Shown: positions 30,601-40,538, counted from the first letter of the stretch. The stretch is 64,000 nucleotides of DNA from Eubacteriales bacterium (GCA_045656985.1 JAZOSH010000017.1:17886-81885); one strand, 5' to 3'. Numbers and translations are program-made. The notes: generated from the sequence alone by a model not told the origin.

Positions 30601-31474
30601 CCTTATCAAAATAGTTTTTGTCAAGAGAGATACGACCAATCTTTCCTTGTCTATATTCATCAATAAGCATATTTGAAACCCTCTCGGAGTCTACCTCGCC
30701 TCCTGAAATAAGACAACCTCTCTTACGACCTATAAGAAGTAAAAGATCATAATCGGAAAGCTCATCATATTTATCAATTGAGTCAAGCTTATATCTTGCA
30801 GAAATCTCGGCAGGATACGAGTGACGAAGTCTTGAAACAAGTGCGGTCGCTATAGTCTCAATATCAAGAATATCGTCTTTAATAGCACCTGTTATAGCAA
30901 GATTTTCGCCGATAAATCTATCCTCAAATTTAGGCCAAAGAATACCCGGCATATCAAGCAAAAGAATACCTATGTTGGTTGATACCCACTGCTTATCAAG
31001 AGTAACTCCGGGGCGGTTTTCAACTTTTGCCTTTTTATTGCCGCAGATCTTATTTATTAGCGAGGATTTTCCGACATTAGGAATACCAAGTACCATCGCC
31101 TTAACACTCCTACCGCTCATACCTTTGCTGTCATATTTCTCAAGCTTATGCGAAAGAAGTCTTTTTATAGCTTCAGGAAGCTTCTCTATACCTTTTCCGG
31201 TAATACAGTCTGTCTCAATGCATATGGTGTTTTCGTTAGTATATCTTTCTGCCCATTGCTTTGTGACATTGGGGTCAGCAAGAGAGGCTTTGTTGAGAAG
31301 TATTATTATAGGCTTATTGGCGCAAAGCTTATTTATTACTGGATTTCTTGAGCTATGGGGGATACGGGCATCAAGTATCTCGATTATTACATCAACATTT
31401 TTAAGATTTTCGGAAATAAGGCGCTTTGTCTTCGCCATATGTCCCGGAAACCACTGTATTTCTTGTGAGGGCAT
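30581..31474 (-). CDS. rbgA: Ribosome biogenesis GTPase A (YlqF)
   Basis: Circularly permuted GTPase: IQWFPGHMAKT, DARIPHSSRNP, LLNKASLAD, P-loop GIPNVGKSSLIN. Confidence 0.92.
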   Translation of the reverse strand: MPSQEIQWFPGHMAKTKRLISENLKNVDVIIEILDARIPHSSRNPVINKLCANKPIIILLNKASLADPNVTKQWAERYTNENTICIETDCITGKGIEKLPEAIKRLLSHKLEKYDSKGMSGRSVKAMVLGIPNVGKSSLINKICGNKKAKVENRPGVTLDKQWVSTNIGILLLDMPGILWPKFEDRFIGENLAITGAIKDDILDIETIATALVSRLRHSYPAEISARYKLDSIDKYDELSDYDLLLLIGRKRGCLISGGEVDSERVSNMLIDEYRQGKIGRISLDKNYFDKDGTRDA

Positions 31475-31492
31475 TAATTTTCTCCTAAAATA

Positions 31493-32083
31493 TTATTCAA
31501 CTGTACCGAATCTATCGATTGGTAAGATCCTTACAATTACCTTTCCAAGCACTCGTCTCTCATCAACAAGTCCAATGGAAGACAAACGACTATCCGCGGA
31601 ACGGTTTCTATTGTCACCCATAACAAAGAGGTATCCCTCCGGAACATAGAGAGGATATTGCTGATCGGAGTGAACATAATAGTATTCATCAAGATGAATA
31701 TAAGGCTCGTCTATAACCCTTGACACGCCGTTTTTGTCTGTAACAGTTACTTTCCATGTAGCAAAATCAATGTTGATCGTCTCTCCGCCAACAGCTATTA
31801 CGCGTTTTACGATGGGTTCATTGTAGAATTCACCTGTCTGGTGAAAAACAACTATGTCACCTTGCTTAGGCTCATAAAACACATTGGAAATAAGAAGCCT
31901 CTCCTTATTATGCAAAGTGCCGTACATTGAATCCCCCGAAACCGCACAAACACGGAACAAAAAGGAGAAAAGCAGTACAACAATTACTATAGCGAAAACA
32001 AAGGTCTCAACATATTCAAGAATAGCAAGAGATGCCCTGTTTTTTTTTGCAATTTCTTGTGTCGTATTTGTATTTTCAGACAT
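31493..32083 (-). CDS. lepB: Signal peptidase I
   Basis: ATG 32083 after GAGGAGG. TM, then SGDSM (catalytic Ser), KRVIAVGG and GDNRNRSADSR boxes. Confidence 0.9.
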   Translation of the reverse strand: MSENTNTTQEIAKKNRASLAILEYVETFVFAIVIVVLLFSFLFRVCAVSGDSMYGTLHNKERLLISNVFYEPKQGDIVVFHQTGEFYNEPIVKRVIAVGGETINIDFATWKVTVTDKNGVSRVIDEPYIHLDEYYYVHSDQQYPLYVPEGYLFVMGDNRNRSADSRLSSIGLVDERRVLGKVIVRILPIDRFGTVE

Positions 32084-32105
32084 ACCGAATACCTCCTCGG
32101 TAATT

Positions 32106-33320
32106 TTATTTTTCAATAAGAATATCCATCAATGTATATCCGTCGGGAATATAATAATTTTTTGCAGTACAGCTGTCCTCATCAAATCTCTCAACACCTG
32201 ATGCATCTTCCCTTGAAGAGTAGATCATAAAGGGAACAGGATCTATTGTGTGAGTACGCAATCTTATAGGAGTAGGATGATCAGGAAGAATCATTATCTT
32301 AAAGTCTTCGCCCGATGCTACAAGATACTCATATACGGGAAGAAGTATCTTTTTATCAATAAGCTCTATTGATAGCACCTTGTTTTCAAGCTCAGCGCGA
32401 TGACCGCATTCATCGGGAGCCTCAACATGTACATAGACAAGTTCAGCACCATTCTTGAATGCCTCAATCGCAGCATTTGCCTTGCCTTCATAATTAGTGT
32501 GTACATTTCCTGTAGCACCTTCAACATCGATTGACTTCATCTCGGCGCAAAGACCTATGCCCTTGATAAGATCAACTGCAGAAATGACTGCTGCCTCAAG
32601 TCCCCATTTTTCTTTAAAAGAGGGAAGCTGCGGCTTTTTTCCAGGGCTCCAGAGCCAAGCAGAATTGGCAGGCTTAAGACCTCTTGCCTTTCTGTCAAGA
32701 TTAACGGGATGATCCTTGAGTATTTCATAGCTGTCCTTCATAAGTTTGAGGAATTTCTCACCACCGTCCTCGACTCTCGGCAGAAAATCTCCTATACGCT
32801 TTCCAAGAATATCATGTGGACGCATAAAATTATATTTATCGTCAGAATTTTTCCAAATAAGACAATGACGGTAGCTTACGCCTGTATAGAATTTTCTATA
32901 TTCATCACCAAGCTTTTCCTCAAGTGTTTTAATAAGCTTATCTGCCTCGGGAGTACTTATCTCATCTGCACTATGGTCAAGGATTATTCTGTCTTCATAT
33001 ATTTCTTCATCTTCAGTAAGTGTTACAACATTACATCTGTATGCTGTTTCGTCAGGCATCATAGTTATGCCCATACTTACAGCTTCAAGCGGTGAACGAC
33101 CCTTTGAATATATTTTGGGGTCAAAAGAAAGTATAGCCATGTTTGCGGTATCACTTTCAGGCACCATTCCGTAGGGAACATTTGATACTGTGCCAACAAG
33201 TGCTCTTGCCGCAAGCGAATTCATAGTAGGTTTGTCTGCCTTTGCCATGGGCGAAAGGCCGCCTAATTCTTCAATGTGTTCATCAGCCATTCCATCAGGA
33301 ATTAAAACTAAATACTTCAT
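32106..33320 (-). CDS. apgM: ApgM-type cofactor-independent phosphoglycerate mutase family protein (function ambiguous)
   Basis: MKYLVLIPDGMADEHIEELGG...KP.MNSLA is an ApgM/metalloenzyme-superfamily pattern. 404 aa. Confidence 0.75.
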   Translation of the reverse strand: MKYLVLIPDGMADEHIEELGGLSPMAKADKPTMNSLAARALVGTVSNVPYGMVPESDTANMAILSFDPKIYSKGRSPLEAVSMGITMMPDETAYRCNVVTLTEDEEIYEDRIILDHSADEISTPEADKLIKTLEEKLGDEYRKFYTGVSYRHCLIWKNSDDKYNFMRPHDILGKRIGDFLPRVEDGGEKFLKLMKDSYEILKDHPVNLDRKARGLKPANSAWLWSPGKKPQLPSFKEKWGLEAAVISAVDLIKGIGLCAEMKSIDVEGATGNVHTNYEGKANAAIEAFKNGAELVYVHVEAPDECGHRAELENKVLSIELIDKKILLPVYEYLVASGEDFKIMILPDHPTPIRLRTHTIDPVPFMIYSSREDASGVERFDEDSCTAKNYYIPDGYTLMDILIEK

Positions 33321-33508
33321 AAAAACAATTCACCTTCATAAAAAAAAATATCCATATTATTATATCATAAATACTTTCAAATTTCAATGAGAAATATCAA
33401 TAAAATATCAAAAAACTTTGATATTTATAGTAAAATGGCGGTTGAATTTCCTTTAAAAATATGTTATCATATATGTAATGATAAATTTTGGGGGAATCAA
33501 AAGTGAAA

Positions 33509-34177
33509 ATGAAAGATGATATCACCAAAAAAAATGAAAATACTCCCAGAAGCAGAGAGGGAATTAAAATAAAAATAATTGTAGCGATGATTATTGCTAT
33601 ATGCGTTATTTTATTCCTTTTTGTCGCTGTTGCTGTGCTCGATCTGATACTTGTTAATCTTCAAAATGATGAACCTACATACGATTTTAATTTCTACGAA
33701 GCGGATTACAACGAGAATATCTTTGAAGATGAAGAGTATCTTGAACTTATTAAATATGGATATCTTTCATACAACAACGGAGAGGGAGTTACAGTAAGTA
33801 TTACCGAAAAAAGCTCCCACGAATACGGTGATGCAGTGGCGTTTTTAGTAGATCTTGTAAATCTTATGATAAACGGTGATACAGAGGGATATAATGCCTG
33901 CTTCAGTGAATTATATTACCAAAAGGAATCTCCAAAAGAAAGATTTACCATGCAAAAAATATATGATGTTACTATTACAAAGATTTCAGAAGAAAATCTT
34001 AATAACAACGGCATATCATATACACAATGCGTCTTTGCTTTAAGCTATAAAATACACGAAAACAACGGAACATTGCGAGATGATTTTCTGACAGGCTCAA
34101 AAACACAGTATGTATACATGAATAACGAAAGTGGTAATTTTAAAATTGACGGTATAACAACTCTTCGGTATAAATAA
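33509..34177 (+). CDS. Hypothetical membrane-anchored protein
   Basis: ATG 33509 (GTG 33503 also possible) after GGGGGA. One TM (IIVAMIIAICVILFLFVAVAVLDLILV), then about 170 aa soluble domain. No motif recognised. Confidence 0.55.
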   Translation: MKDDITKKNENTPRSREGIKIKIIVAMIIAICVILFLFVAVAVLDLILVNLQNDEPTYDFNFYEADYNENIFEDEEYLELIKYGYLSYNNGEGVTVSITEKSSHEYGDAVAFLVDLVNLMINGDTEGYNACFSELYYQKESPKERFTMQKIYDVTITKISEENLNNNGISYTQCVFALSYKIHENNGTLRDDFLTGSKTQYVYMNNESGNFKIDGITTLRYK

Positions 34178-34201
34178 AACGGAGACGCACTGCGTCCCCG
34201 T
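34171..34201. terminator. Hairpin terminator between convergent genes (U-tract only on the minus strand)
   Basis: ACGGAGACG...CGTCCCCGT imperfect stem. Minus-strand reading is followed by TTTTATTTAT. Confidence 0.6.
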
Positions 34202-34214
34202 CAAAATATTTCAG

Positions 34215-34649
34215 TTATTGAATATTATCAACTATCTTGTGCGCCCATGCAAGGAAGTCGGTCTTCTCATCATCGGAAATTTTACCGCCAAGGAAGGGAA
34301 GTCCACCTATCTTGATGTAGTATATATCGGAACTTACATTTGCGCCCGCGATAGAGAGTGCCTCAAGAAGCTTTGTTGCTATCTTCTCATCACCATCAAC
34401 CAAAAGGGCTATATTCTGGGCCTTCTTCTTGTTGAGCTCGGAGCAGAAGCGTCTCAATACATCGTCAGGCTCGCCTTTGCCGGATACAGCAAGAATGACA
34501 AGTCTCTCATTCTCACAGGAGTAAGCAGGGGGAATTACATCAATTGCATTATAATTCTGCCCAAGGTCAAACTCGTTTTTGATAAGCTCTGCCATAGCCT
34601 TCATCTTTGCCTTTTTCGAATAGTAAAGAAATCTCATTTTAAGTGCCAT
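34215..34649 (-). CDS. Hypothetical protein (flavodoxin-like alpha/beta pattern, no FMN loop recognised)
   Basis: ATG 34649 after AAAGGAGG. 144 aa with alternating beta/alpha hydrophobic pattern. No diagnostic motif. Confidence 0.5.
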   Translation of the reverse strand: MALKMRFLYYSKKAKMKAMAELIKNEFDLGQNYNAIDVIPPAYSCENERLVILAVSGKGEPDDVLRRFCSELNKKKAQNIALLVDGDEKIATKLLEALSIAGANVSSDIYYIKIGGLPFLGGKISDDEKTDFLAWAHKIVDNIQ

Positions 34650-34869
34650 AATTTTCTACCTCCTTTTTCTTTCATCACCATTATACCACACTGTAGAGCA
34701 TAATGGAATGCTTTTACAGAAAATTATCTTTTTCATATAAAAAAAAGGTGAAGAGGACGAAACAGACTACTTTTGGCAAAAACACCGACACAATTATACA
34801 AAATGCAAATTTTGTATAATTTAGGGAAGCGAAATATAGCTAAAAACATCACTTTTTCGGAGTTATACT

Positions 34870-35550
34870 ATGTTAGAGCTTGATTTACCCATTGTAATAC
34901 CGTCTTATATTTGCACATCAAAGCATTTCAACGGATTCATAAATGATCTGCACTCTATAGGCGTGAACAAAGTTATTGTTATTCACGATTTCAATATTTC
35001 TGTACAAAGCTTGTCAGCTCATCGTAATGAAATTAAAAATCTTCGGCGCACTCTTGGACCTATCTTCAAGCAGGCTTCTGTTAAATTCACAGTCCTTCCA
35101 AATGTGCTTCTTGAACCTATAGTTTATTCAATTGCTGATTTGTCCAGTTTCATTTGCGATCAATCTGAATATTGCTTTGTAACCATACCTTTATCAACGG
35201 ATCCTCAAATTGCTATAAAAAATATTTTTAGCATAAAGAATCTTGGAATACACCCCATAATATCATCATTTGAGGATATTACTGCATTTTTTCCAAAAGC
35301 GTTTTGTCAGGCTCTACTTACAACAGAAAAAATTTCATTTATTTTTGACACTTCATCGCTTTACTCTTCTAAAGTGAAATCGTATATATCAACTGCAACA
35401 AATGCTGAAAATAACATCTTTTTTTCGGTATCACATTTCACATCGTCTGTTATTAATCGTGAGCTTAAATTAATTACAGATGAACTGTCCAAGGCTCAAA
35501 AAATGACGCTTGGATATCTTTCTTATAGTACTTATAATCGCTTGTACTGA
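34870..35550 (+). CDS. Hypothetical protein, possible degenerate CpsB/YwqE-like PHP-fold protein
   Basis: 226 aa. Block-wise resemblance to CpsB-type PHP phosphatases, but the His motifs are replaced (see finding). Confidence 0.4.
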   Translation: MLELDLPIVIPSYICTSKHFNGFINDLHSIGVNKVIVIHDFNISVQSLSAHRNEIKNLRRTLGPIFKQASVKFTVLPNVLLEPIVYSIADLSSFICDQSEYCFVTIPLSTDPQIAIKNIFSIKNLGIHPIISSFEDITAFFPKAFCQALLTTEKISFIFDTSSLYSSKVKSYISTATNAENNIFFSVSHFTSSVINRELKLITDELSKAQKMTLGYLSYSTYNRLY

Positions 35551-35557
35551 ACTATGT

Positions 35558-35812
35558 TTATCTCATTTTATACTTGTTTTTAGTAGCCTCCCCGCCTCGG
35601 AGATGTCTCTCTTTTTTATTGATTTCAAGCACTGCCTTGACCTCGTCATAGAGACTGTGATTTACTTTTTTTAGTGTTTCGGTTATATCCTTATGTACAG
35701 TGCTTTTGCTAATACCGAATTTTTTGGCAACAGCTCTTACTGTAGCCTTGTTTTCAACAAGATATAAGGCGAGTGTTATGCACCTTTCCTTTTCTGACGA
35801 AATATACATCAT
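35558..35812 (-). CDS. spoIIID: Stage III sporulation protein D (mother-cell transcription factor)
   Basis: ...VENKATVRAVAKKFGISKSTVHKDITE...KKERHLRGGEATKNKYK closely follows the SpoIIID HTH and basic tail. Confidence 0.92.
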   Translation of the reverse strand: MMYISSEKERCITLALYLVENKATVRAVAKKFGISKSTVHKDITETLKKVNHSLYDEVKAVLEINKKERHLRGGEATKNKYKMR

Positions 35813-35891
35813 AATGAGCTATTCTCCGTTAAGTTTACTTAACACAGTATATGTTAAATGTCAAATAAAAAATAACAAAAATAGGTAAAAT

Positions 35892-36668
35892 ATGGAAAAT
35901 ACAATTATACAAAATCAATACAAAATAATTATAGAGGGATTGACAGCAATATCTGCTCTAATTTCTGCCATAGAAAGTGGCAAGAATACTAGAAAAATAC
36001 ATAAAATACTCTTTGATAAATCAAAAACCAGAACAAAAAACCGTGAATTCTCCTTCTTGCGTGCTAAATCAAGCGTTCTTGGATACGAATTATCCCTTTC
36101 AACACGAGAAGAGATTGAATCACTTACAAGTGGAAGTACACACGGCGGAATAATTGCTATATGCAGTGAAAGAGAGCTCCCTACCCTTTCCCCAGAGCTT
36201 ATCAAAAAAGACGGTATTTATTACATTTTTGAAGGTATTGAGGATCCTTATAATTTTGGATATGTAATAAGATCAGTGTATGCTGCAGGTGCTGACGGAA
36301 TTATTTTAAGCCCACGAAACTGGCTTTCAGCTGCATCTGTTGTAGCAAGATCATCCGCAGGAACATCTGAGGTCATTGATATGCTTGTCGCAGAGCCATC
36401 AGATGCTGCAGATATTTTCAAATCGCTTGGATACACTGTCGTTGGTGCAGGAATAAGGGATTCAGAAACTATTTATGAATCTGAACTTAAAAAGCCTTTG
36501 CTTATTATTGTTGGCGGTGAAAAAAGAGGCATCTCAAGGTCACTTCTTGACAAATGCGATAAGGTAGTAAGGATAGACTATGGACGCACCTTCAAGGGCT
36601 CGCTTCCCTCTGTGGCCGCTGCCTCAATAATTGCTTTTGAGGTATTAAGAAAAACAAAAGAAAATTAA
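35892..36668 (+). CDS. TrmH/SpoU-family RNA 2'-O-methyltransferase
   Basis: SPOUT motifs: FEGIEDPYNFGYVIRSVYAAGADGIIL, LIIVGGEKRGIS, LPSVAAASIIAFE. Confidence 0.85.
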   Translation: MENTIIQNQYKIIIEGLTAISALISAIESGKNTRKIHKILFDKSKTRTKNREFSFLRAKSSVLGYELSLSTREEIESLTSGSTHGGIIAICSERELPTLSPELIKKDGIYYIFEGIEDPYNFGYVIRSVYAAGADGIILSPRNWLSAASVVARSSAGTSEVIDMLVAEPSDAADIFKSLGYTVVGAGIRDSETIYESELKKPLLIIVGGEKRGISRSLLDKCDKVVRIDYGRTFKGSLPSVAAASIIAFEVLRKTKEN

Positions 36669-36736
36669 CAATATTGTAATTATATCTGCTATATAGTATG
36701 GTATAATTATCATATTCGGACGAAGGAGTAAATAAA

Positions 36737-37543
36737 ATGTCAAAAAAGATTGCAGTTATAGGTGTTGGAAATATGGCAAAAGCCATTATAGGTGGAATAA
36801 AAAATTCTTCACTTGATGTATCAGAATTTTTTCTTTATGATATTTATCCTTCGCAATATGAATCTCTTGTTGGCGATTACTTTACTCCTGCTTCATCTAT
36901 TGCAGATGCAGTCAAGAATGCAGACTGCGTACTTTTGTCGGTAAAACCGCAGAATTTTCCGGAGGTACTTGCCCAAATCAGTGAAGTTCCCTCTTCAAAA
37001 GATAAACTTTATATTACTATAGCTGCAGGAATTACGGTTGATTCGGTATCTGAGGCACTTGGCACAAAGCAGGTTATAAGAGTTCTTCCCAATCTTCCTA
37101 TGATCATTTCAATGGGCGTTTCGGTAATATGCTATAACAAAAACATATTGCAGGAGGATTTCGATTTTATTGTTGATATCTTTAAATCCTCGGGCGGCGT
37201 TATCAAGATAGATGAGTGTGATATGAATAAAATAATTTCTGTCACATCATCATCCCCTGCTTATGTCTTTAAATTTATTCAGGCAATATATGATGGCGCT
37301 GTGGCACAGGGGCTCCCTGAAGAAGGTCTTACTGAAGCTATATGCGATATGATGATCGGCTCTGCAATGCTTATTAAAAACGGTTCTCACAAACCCGATG
37401 AAATGGCACAGGCTGTTGCATCAAAGGGCGGAACTACAGAGAGAGCTCTTTCTGTTCTTGCTCAAAATAATTTTAATCAAATAATAATTGATGCAATGCT
37501 TGCTTGTACAAAACGCGCAGATGAGCTTGGCGAAAGAAAATAA
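36737..37543 (+). CDS. proC: Pyrroline-5-carboxylate reductase
   Basis: Rossmann N-terminus KIAVIGVGNMAKAI. C-terminal VASKGGTTERAL motif. Confidence 0.92.
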   Translation: MSKKIAVIGVGNMAKAIIGGIKNSSLDVSEFFLYDIYPSQYESLVGDYFTPASSIADAVKNADCVLLSVKPQNFPEVLAQISEVPSSKDKLYITIAAGITVDSVSEALGTKQVIRVLPNLPMIISMGVSVICYNKNILQEDFDFIVDIFKSSGGVIKIDECDMNKIISVTSSSPAYVFKFIQAIYDGAVAQGLPEEGLTEAICDMMIGSAMLIKNGSHKPDEMAQAVASKGGTTERALSVLAQNNFNQIIIDAMLACTKRADELGERK

Positions 37544-37607
37544 GTCGGTATAACTGTTAATTTTGTCTCATATTATTTATTAAATTAAATTTTATGAGGC
37601 AGGAAAA

Positions 37608-38255
37608 ATGAAAAAACAAAAAGAATTCTCTAAATATCAATTTGCGTATTCATCAGTATCTCGATGCGACAAGCATCGAATATTTATTCGTCACGCAGTA
37701 ACGCTTATTTTATCACTCATATTTGGTGTTTTATTTGGAGGAATACTTGTAAGTGGCATTTTTGTTGCAAAAAACCACTTGCGCGCACTTGAATATGTCA
37801 ATACACTTGCAGTAGATTATAAAAATGCAGCGGAATTTCTTTTATCAGTAATCAAGGATTTATATTTAGAAATAACAACCATTCTCTTTATTCTTTTCGC
37901 TACATTTACCGTGTCAAGAGTTTTTATTACAGATCTATTACTTTTTGCATATAGTTTCATAAATGCATTTATCTCCTTGTTTATGTTAAGAAGTTCTTTG
38001 AATGAATTTCTTTTGCCAAGGCTTTCCGGCAGATATGCACTTGCATATGCAATTTCAAGGTTAATCATTCATATAATGTTATTTTGTTTTATATGTCGCA
38101 TCTCTCTTGTCCAGAGTGAGCTTAAATATGTTGGAGATGACGGCAATATAAAAATAAACAAAAAAAAGGTGTTTTTGCTTGTTGCCTATTCCCTTTCAGA
38201 GCTTGGCGCTATAATATTAGTTGGTATAATTTACCGTTTGATAATTTTTTTATAA
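37608..38255 (+). CDS. Hypothetical polytopic membrane protein
   Basis: 215 aa with about 5 hydrophobic segments. A faint SpoIIM-like impression only. Confidence 0.45.
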   Translation: MKKQKEFSKYQFAYSSVSRCDKHRIFIRHAVTLILSLIFGVLFGGILVSGIFVAKNHLRALEYVNTLAVDYKNAAEFLLSVIKDLYLEITTILFILFATFTVSRVFITDLLLFAYSFINAFISLFMLRSSLNEFLLPRLSGRYALAYAISRLIIHIMLFCFICRISLVQSELKYVGDDGNIKINKKKVFLLVAYSLSELGAIILVGIIYRLIIFL

Positions 38256-38272
38256 AGTAAGGAAATATAAAA

Positions 38273-39232
38273 TTGAAAGACTACAAAGAAACAGAAACAA
38301 AAAAGAAATTCCGCCTTTTTGATATGAATAGAGACGGAAAGGGCGTTTATGAGGTTGAAGACAGAAAACCGACATTAGGTTTCTTCTTTAAGCTTCTTTG
38401 GAGAAAATTATCTGCTATCCTCCAACTAAATATTCTCATGCTGATCCATGTTATACCGATTTTGCTGTTAGCTCTGGCATATTTTTCGGGAGATAAAACG
38501 CCTACCATAACCGGTATATCTTATCCAGCACTCTATGGCATTAACAGCATAGTAGCAACGGGAAGCACACCATTGCTTGATATATCAAGTATAAATATGG
38601 GAATTCCTGTTTTTTCTCCAACATTTATTTGGATAGTAATGGCTTTTGCTGTTATTTGGGTTGCTACATTTGGATGGCAATGTGTTGGCTCTGCATATGT
38701 TCTTCGCGGACTTTTCAGAGGAGATCCCGTATTTGTATTTTCAGACTTTTTTTACGGAATAAAGAAAAATTTCAAGCAAGGATTTGTAATGGGGCTTATT
38801 GATGCTTTAATAATTACTGTTCTTGCAGTTGACTTTATTTTCTTCCGTAACAATGGAATGGGTATTATGTATTTTGTAATATTTGCGTTGATAATTATTT
38901 ACTTGGTTATGCGCTTCTACATATACCTGCTTCTTATAACCTTTGAACTGAAGACTTTCAAAATTTTGAAGAATGCACTTATATTTACAGTACTTGGAAT
39001 TAAGCGAAATTTGATTGCATTTTTAGGAATTATTCTCCTATTACTCCTAAATGTTTTCCTTATCGTATGGCTTATCCCTATAGGTATTGCTCTTCCTCTT
39101 ATTCTTCCCCTTGTATATCTTTTTGGTACACTTGGGTTTATAACAACTTATGCAGCATACCCTGTAATTGATAAATATATGATCGCTCCTTATGTGGGAG
39201 AAAATAAGGAAATAAATGAAGTAGATAACTAA
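38273..39232 (+). CDS. DUF624 (YesL-like) membrane protein
   Basis: TTG 38273 after AAGGAA. N-terminus ...FRLFDMNRDGKGVYEVEDRKPTLGFFFKLLWRKL..LNILML and FFYGIKKNFKQGF match DUF624 hallmarks. Confidence 0.6.
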   Translation: MKDYKETETKKKFRLFDMNRDGKGVYEVEDRKPTLGFFFKLLWRKLSAILQLNILMLIHVIPILLLALAYFSGDKTPTITGISYPALYGINSIVATGSTPLLDISSINMGIPVFSPTFIWIVMAFAVIWVATFGWQCVGSAYVLRGLFRGDPVFVFSDFFYGIKKNFKQGFVMGLIDALIITVLAVDFIFFRNNGMGIMYFVIFALIIIYLVMRFYIYLLLITFELKTFKILKNALIFTVLGIKRNLIAFLGIILLLLLNVFLIVWLIPIGIALPLILPLVYLFGTLGFITTYAAYPVIDKYMIAPYVGENKEINEVDN

Positions 39233-39273
39233 AAAAATACCCCGCAGGTAAATTACCTGCGGGGTATTTTTTT
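39231..39273. terminator. Bidirectional terminator (YesL-like gene / rhaA)
   Basis: AAAAAAATACCCCGCAGGT-AAATT-ACCTGCGGGGTATTTTTTT. Confidence 0.9.
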
Positions 39274-39275
39274 AA

Positions 39276-40523
39276 TTATGCTCTTGTTGAAAGAACATCT
39301 GTTTCGTATTTTTTAATCTCGTCAAACCATTCGGTGCCTGAAGGAACTCCACAAACGCGGCAGTATTCCTCCCAAACATCGCCCCAAGGAAGCTCCTGAA
39401 GCTGCTCCTGAAGAACAAAGAGCTCTGTGAAGTTTTCAGCATCCTGGAGAGCCTTAAGCTTAGCATGAGGCGCAAGCATTGCAATAAGCATTGCCTTTCT
39501 GAAATTGCGAAGACCAAGAGTCCAAGCGGCTACTCTGTTGATGCTTGCATCAAAATAGTCAAGAGCTATAAAGATGTCGTCAAGTCTTCCGCTTGCAACG
39601 ATCTCTTTGGCAATCTCCTTAGTCTCATCGTCAAGACGAATTACATGATCACTATCCCATCTTACTGCTCGGGTTACATGAAGTGCAAGCTTCTTTGAGT
39701 AAAGAAGAAGTGCTGCGATTTTATCAGAAACGACCTCAGTGGGATGGTAGTGGCCGTTATCCATAAGCGGAACTATGCCACGGCTGAGAGTGTATCCCAT
39801 ACAGAATTCAGAAGATCCAACGGTTGTAGACTCAAATCCAATACCGAACACCTTGGACTCAAGGGTTACGAATACCTTGGACTTGTCATAGGGTATAGAA
39901 AGGATCTCATCAAGAGACTTGAGATAACGCGCTCTCGGACCAAGTCTATCTGCAGGAATATCCTTAAAACCGTCGGGAATCCATATGTTCATTACGCAGG
40001 GCTTACCTGTCTCATTTGCAAAATACTCTGCAATTCTTACGCATGCCTGTCCGTGTCTTACCCAGAATGCGCGTATCTCCTCGTTTGCCGAAGAAAGTGT
40101 GAGCGAGGAAGCCTTGGGGTGCGAGAAGAATGTGGGGTTAAAATCAAGGCCCATGCCCTTTGCTTTTGCAAACTCTACCCATTTAGAAAAGTGTTTGGGA
40201 AGAAGTGCATCTCTGTCTGCCCACTCGCCATCCTCAAAGATTGCGTAACAAGCATGAACATTTATTTTCTTTGCGCCGCCATCAAGCTTCATAACCATTT
40301 CCATATCGGCAAAAAGCTCATCAGGAGTGCGTGCACGACCGGGATAGTTACCCGTTGTCTGAATACCGCCGCTGAGCTCAGAATCGCTATCAAAGCCTCT
40401 TACATCGTCGCCCTGCCAGCAATGCATGGATACTGGAATATTCTTAAGCTTGTTGATTACCTCATCGGTGTCAATACCGTAGGCAGCGTATTTTTCCTTT
40501 GCAAGTGAATATGCTGTGTTCAT
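39276..40523 (-). CDS. rhaA: L-rhamnose isomerase
   Basis: 415 aa: ...IPVSMHCWQGDDVRGF...NVHACYA..., RhaA-like throughout. Confidence 0.9.
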   Translation of the reverse strand: MNTAYSLAKEKYAAYGIDTDEVINKLKNIPVSMHCWQGDDVRGFDSDSELSGGIQTTGNYPGRARTPDELFADMEMVMKLDGGAKKINVHACYAIFEDGEWADRDALLPKHFSKWVEFAKAKGMGLDFNPTFFSHPKASSLTLSSANEEIRAFWVRHGQACVRIAEYFANETGKPCVMNIWIPDGFKDIPADRLGPRARYLKSLDEILSIPYDKSKVFVTLESKVFGIGFESTTVGSSEFCMGYTLSRGIVPLMDNGHYHPTEVVSDKIAALLLYSKKLALHVTRAVRWDSDHVIRLDDETKEIAKEIVASGRLDDIFIALDYFDASINRVAAWTLGLRNFRKAMLIAMLAPHAKLKALQDAENFTELFVLQEQLQELPWGDVWEEYCRVCGVPSGTEWFDEIKKYETDVLSTRA

Positions 40524-40538
40524 CTTAATACCTCTCTA

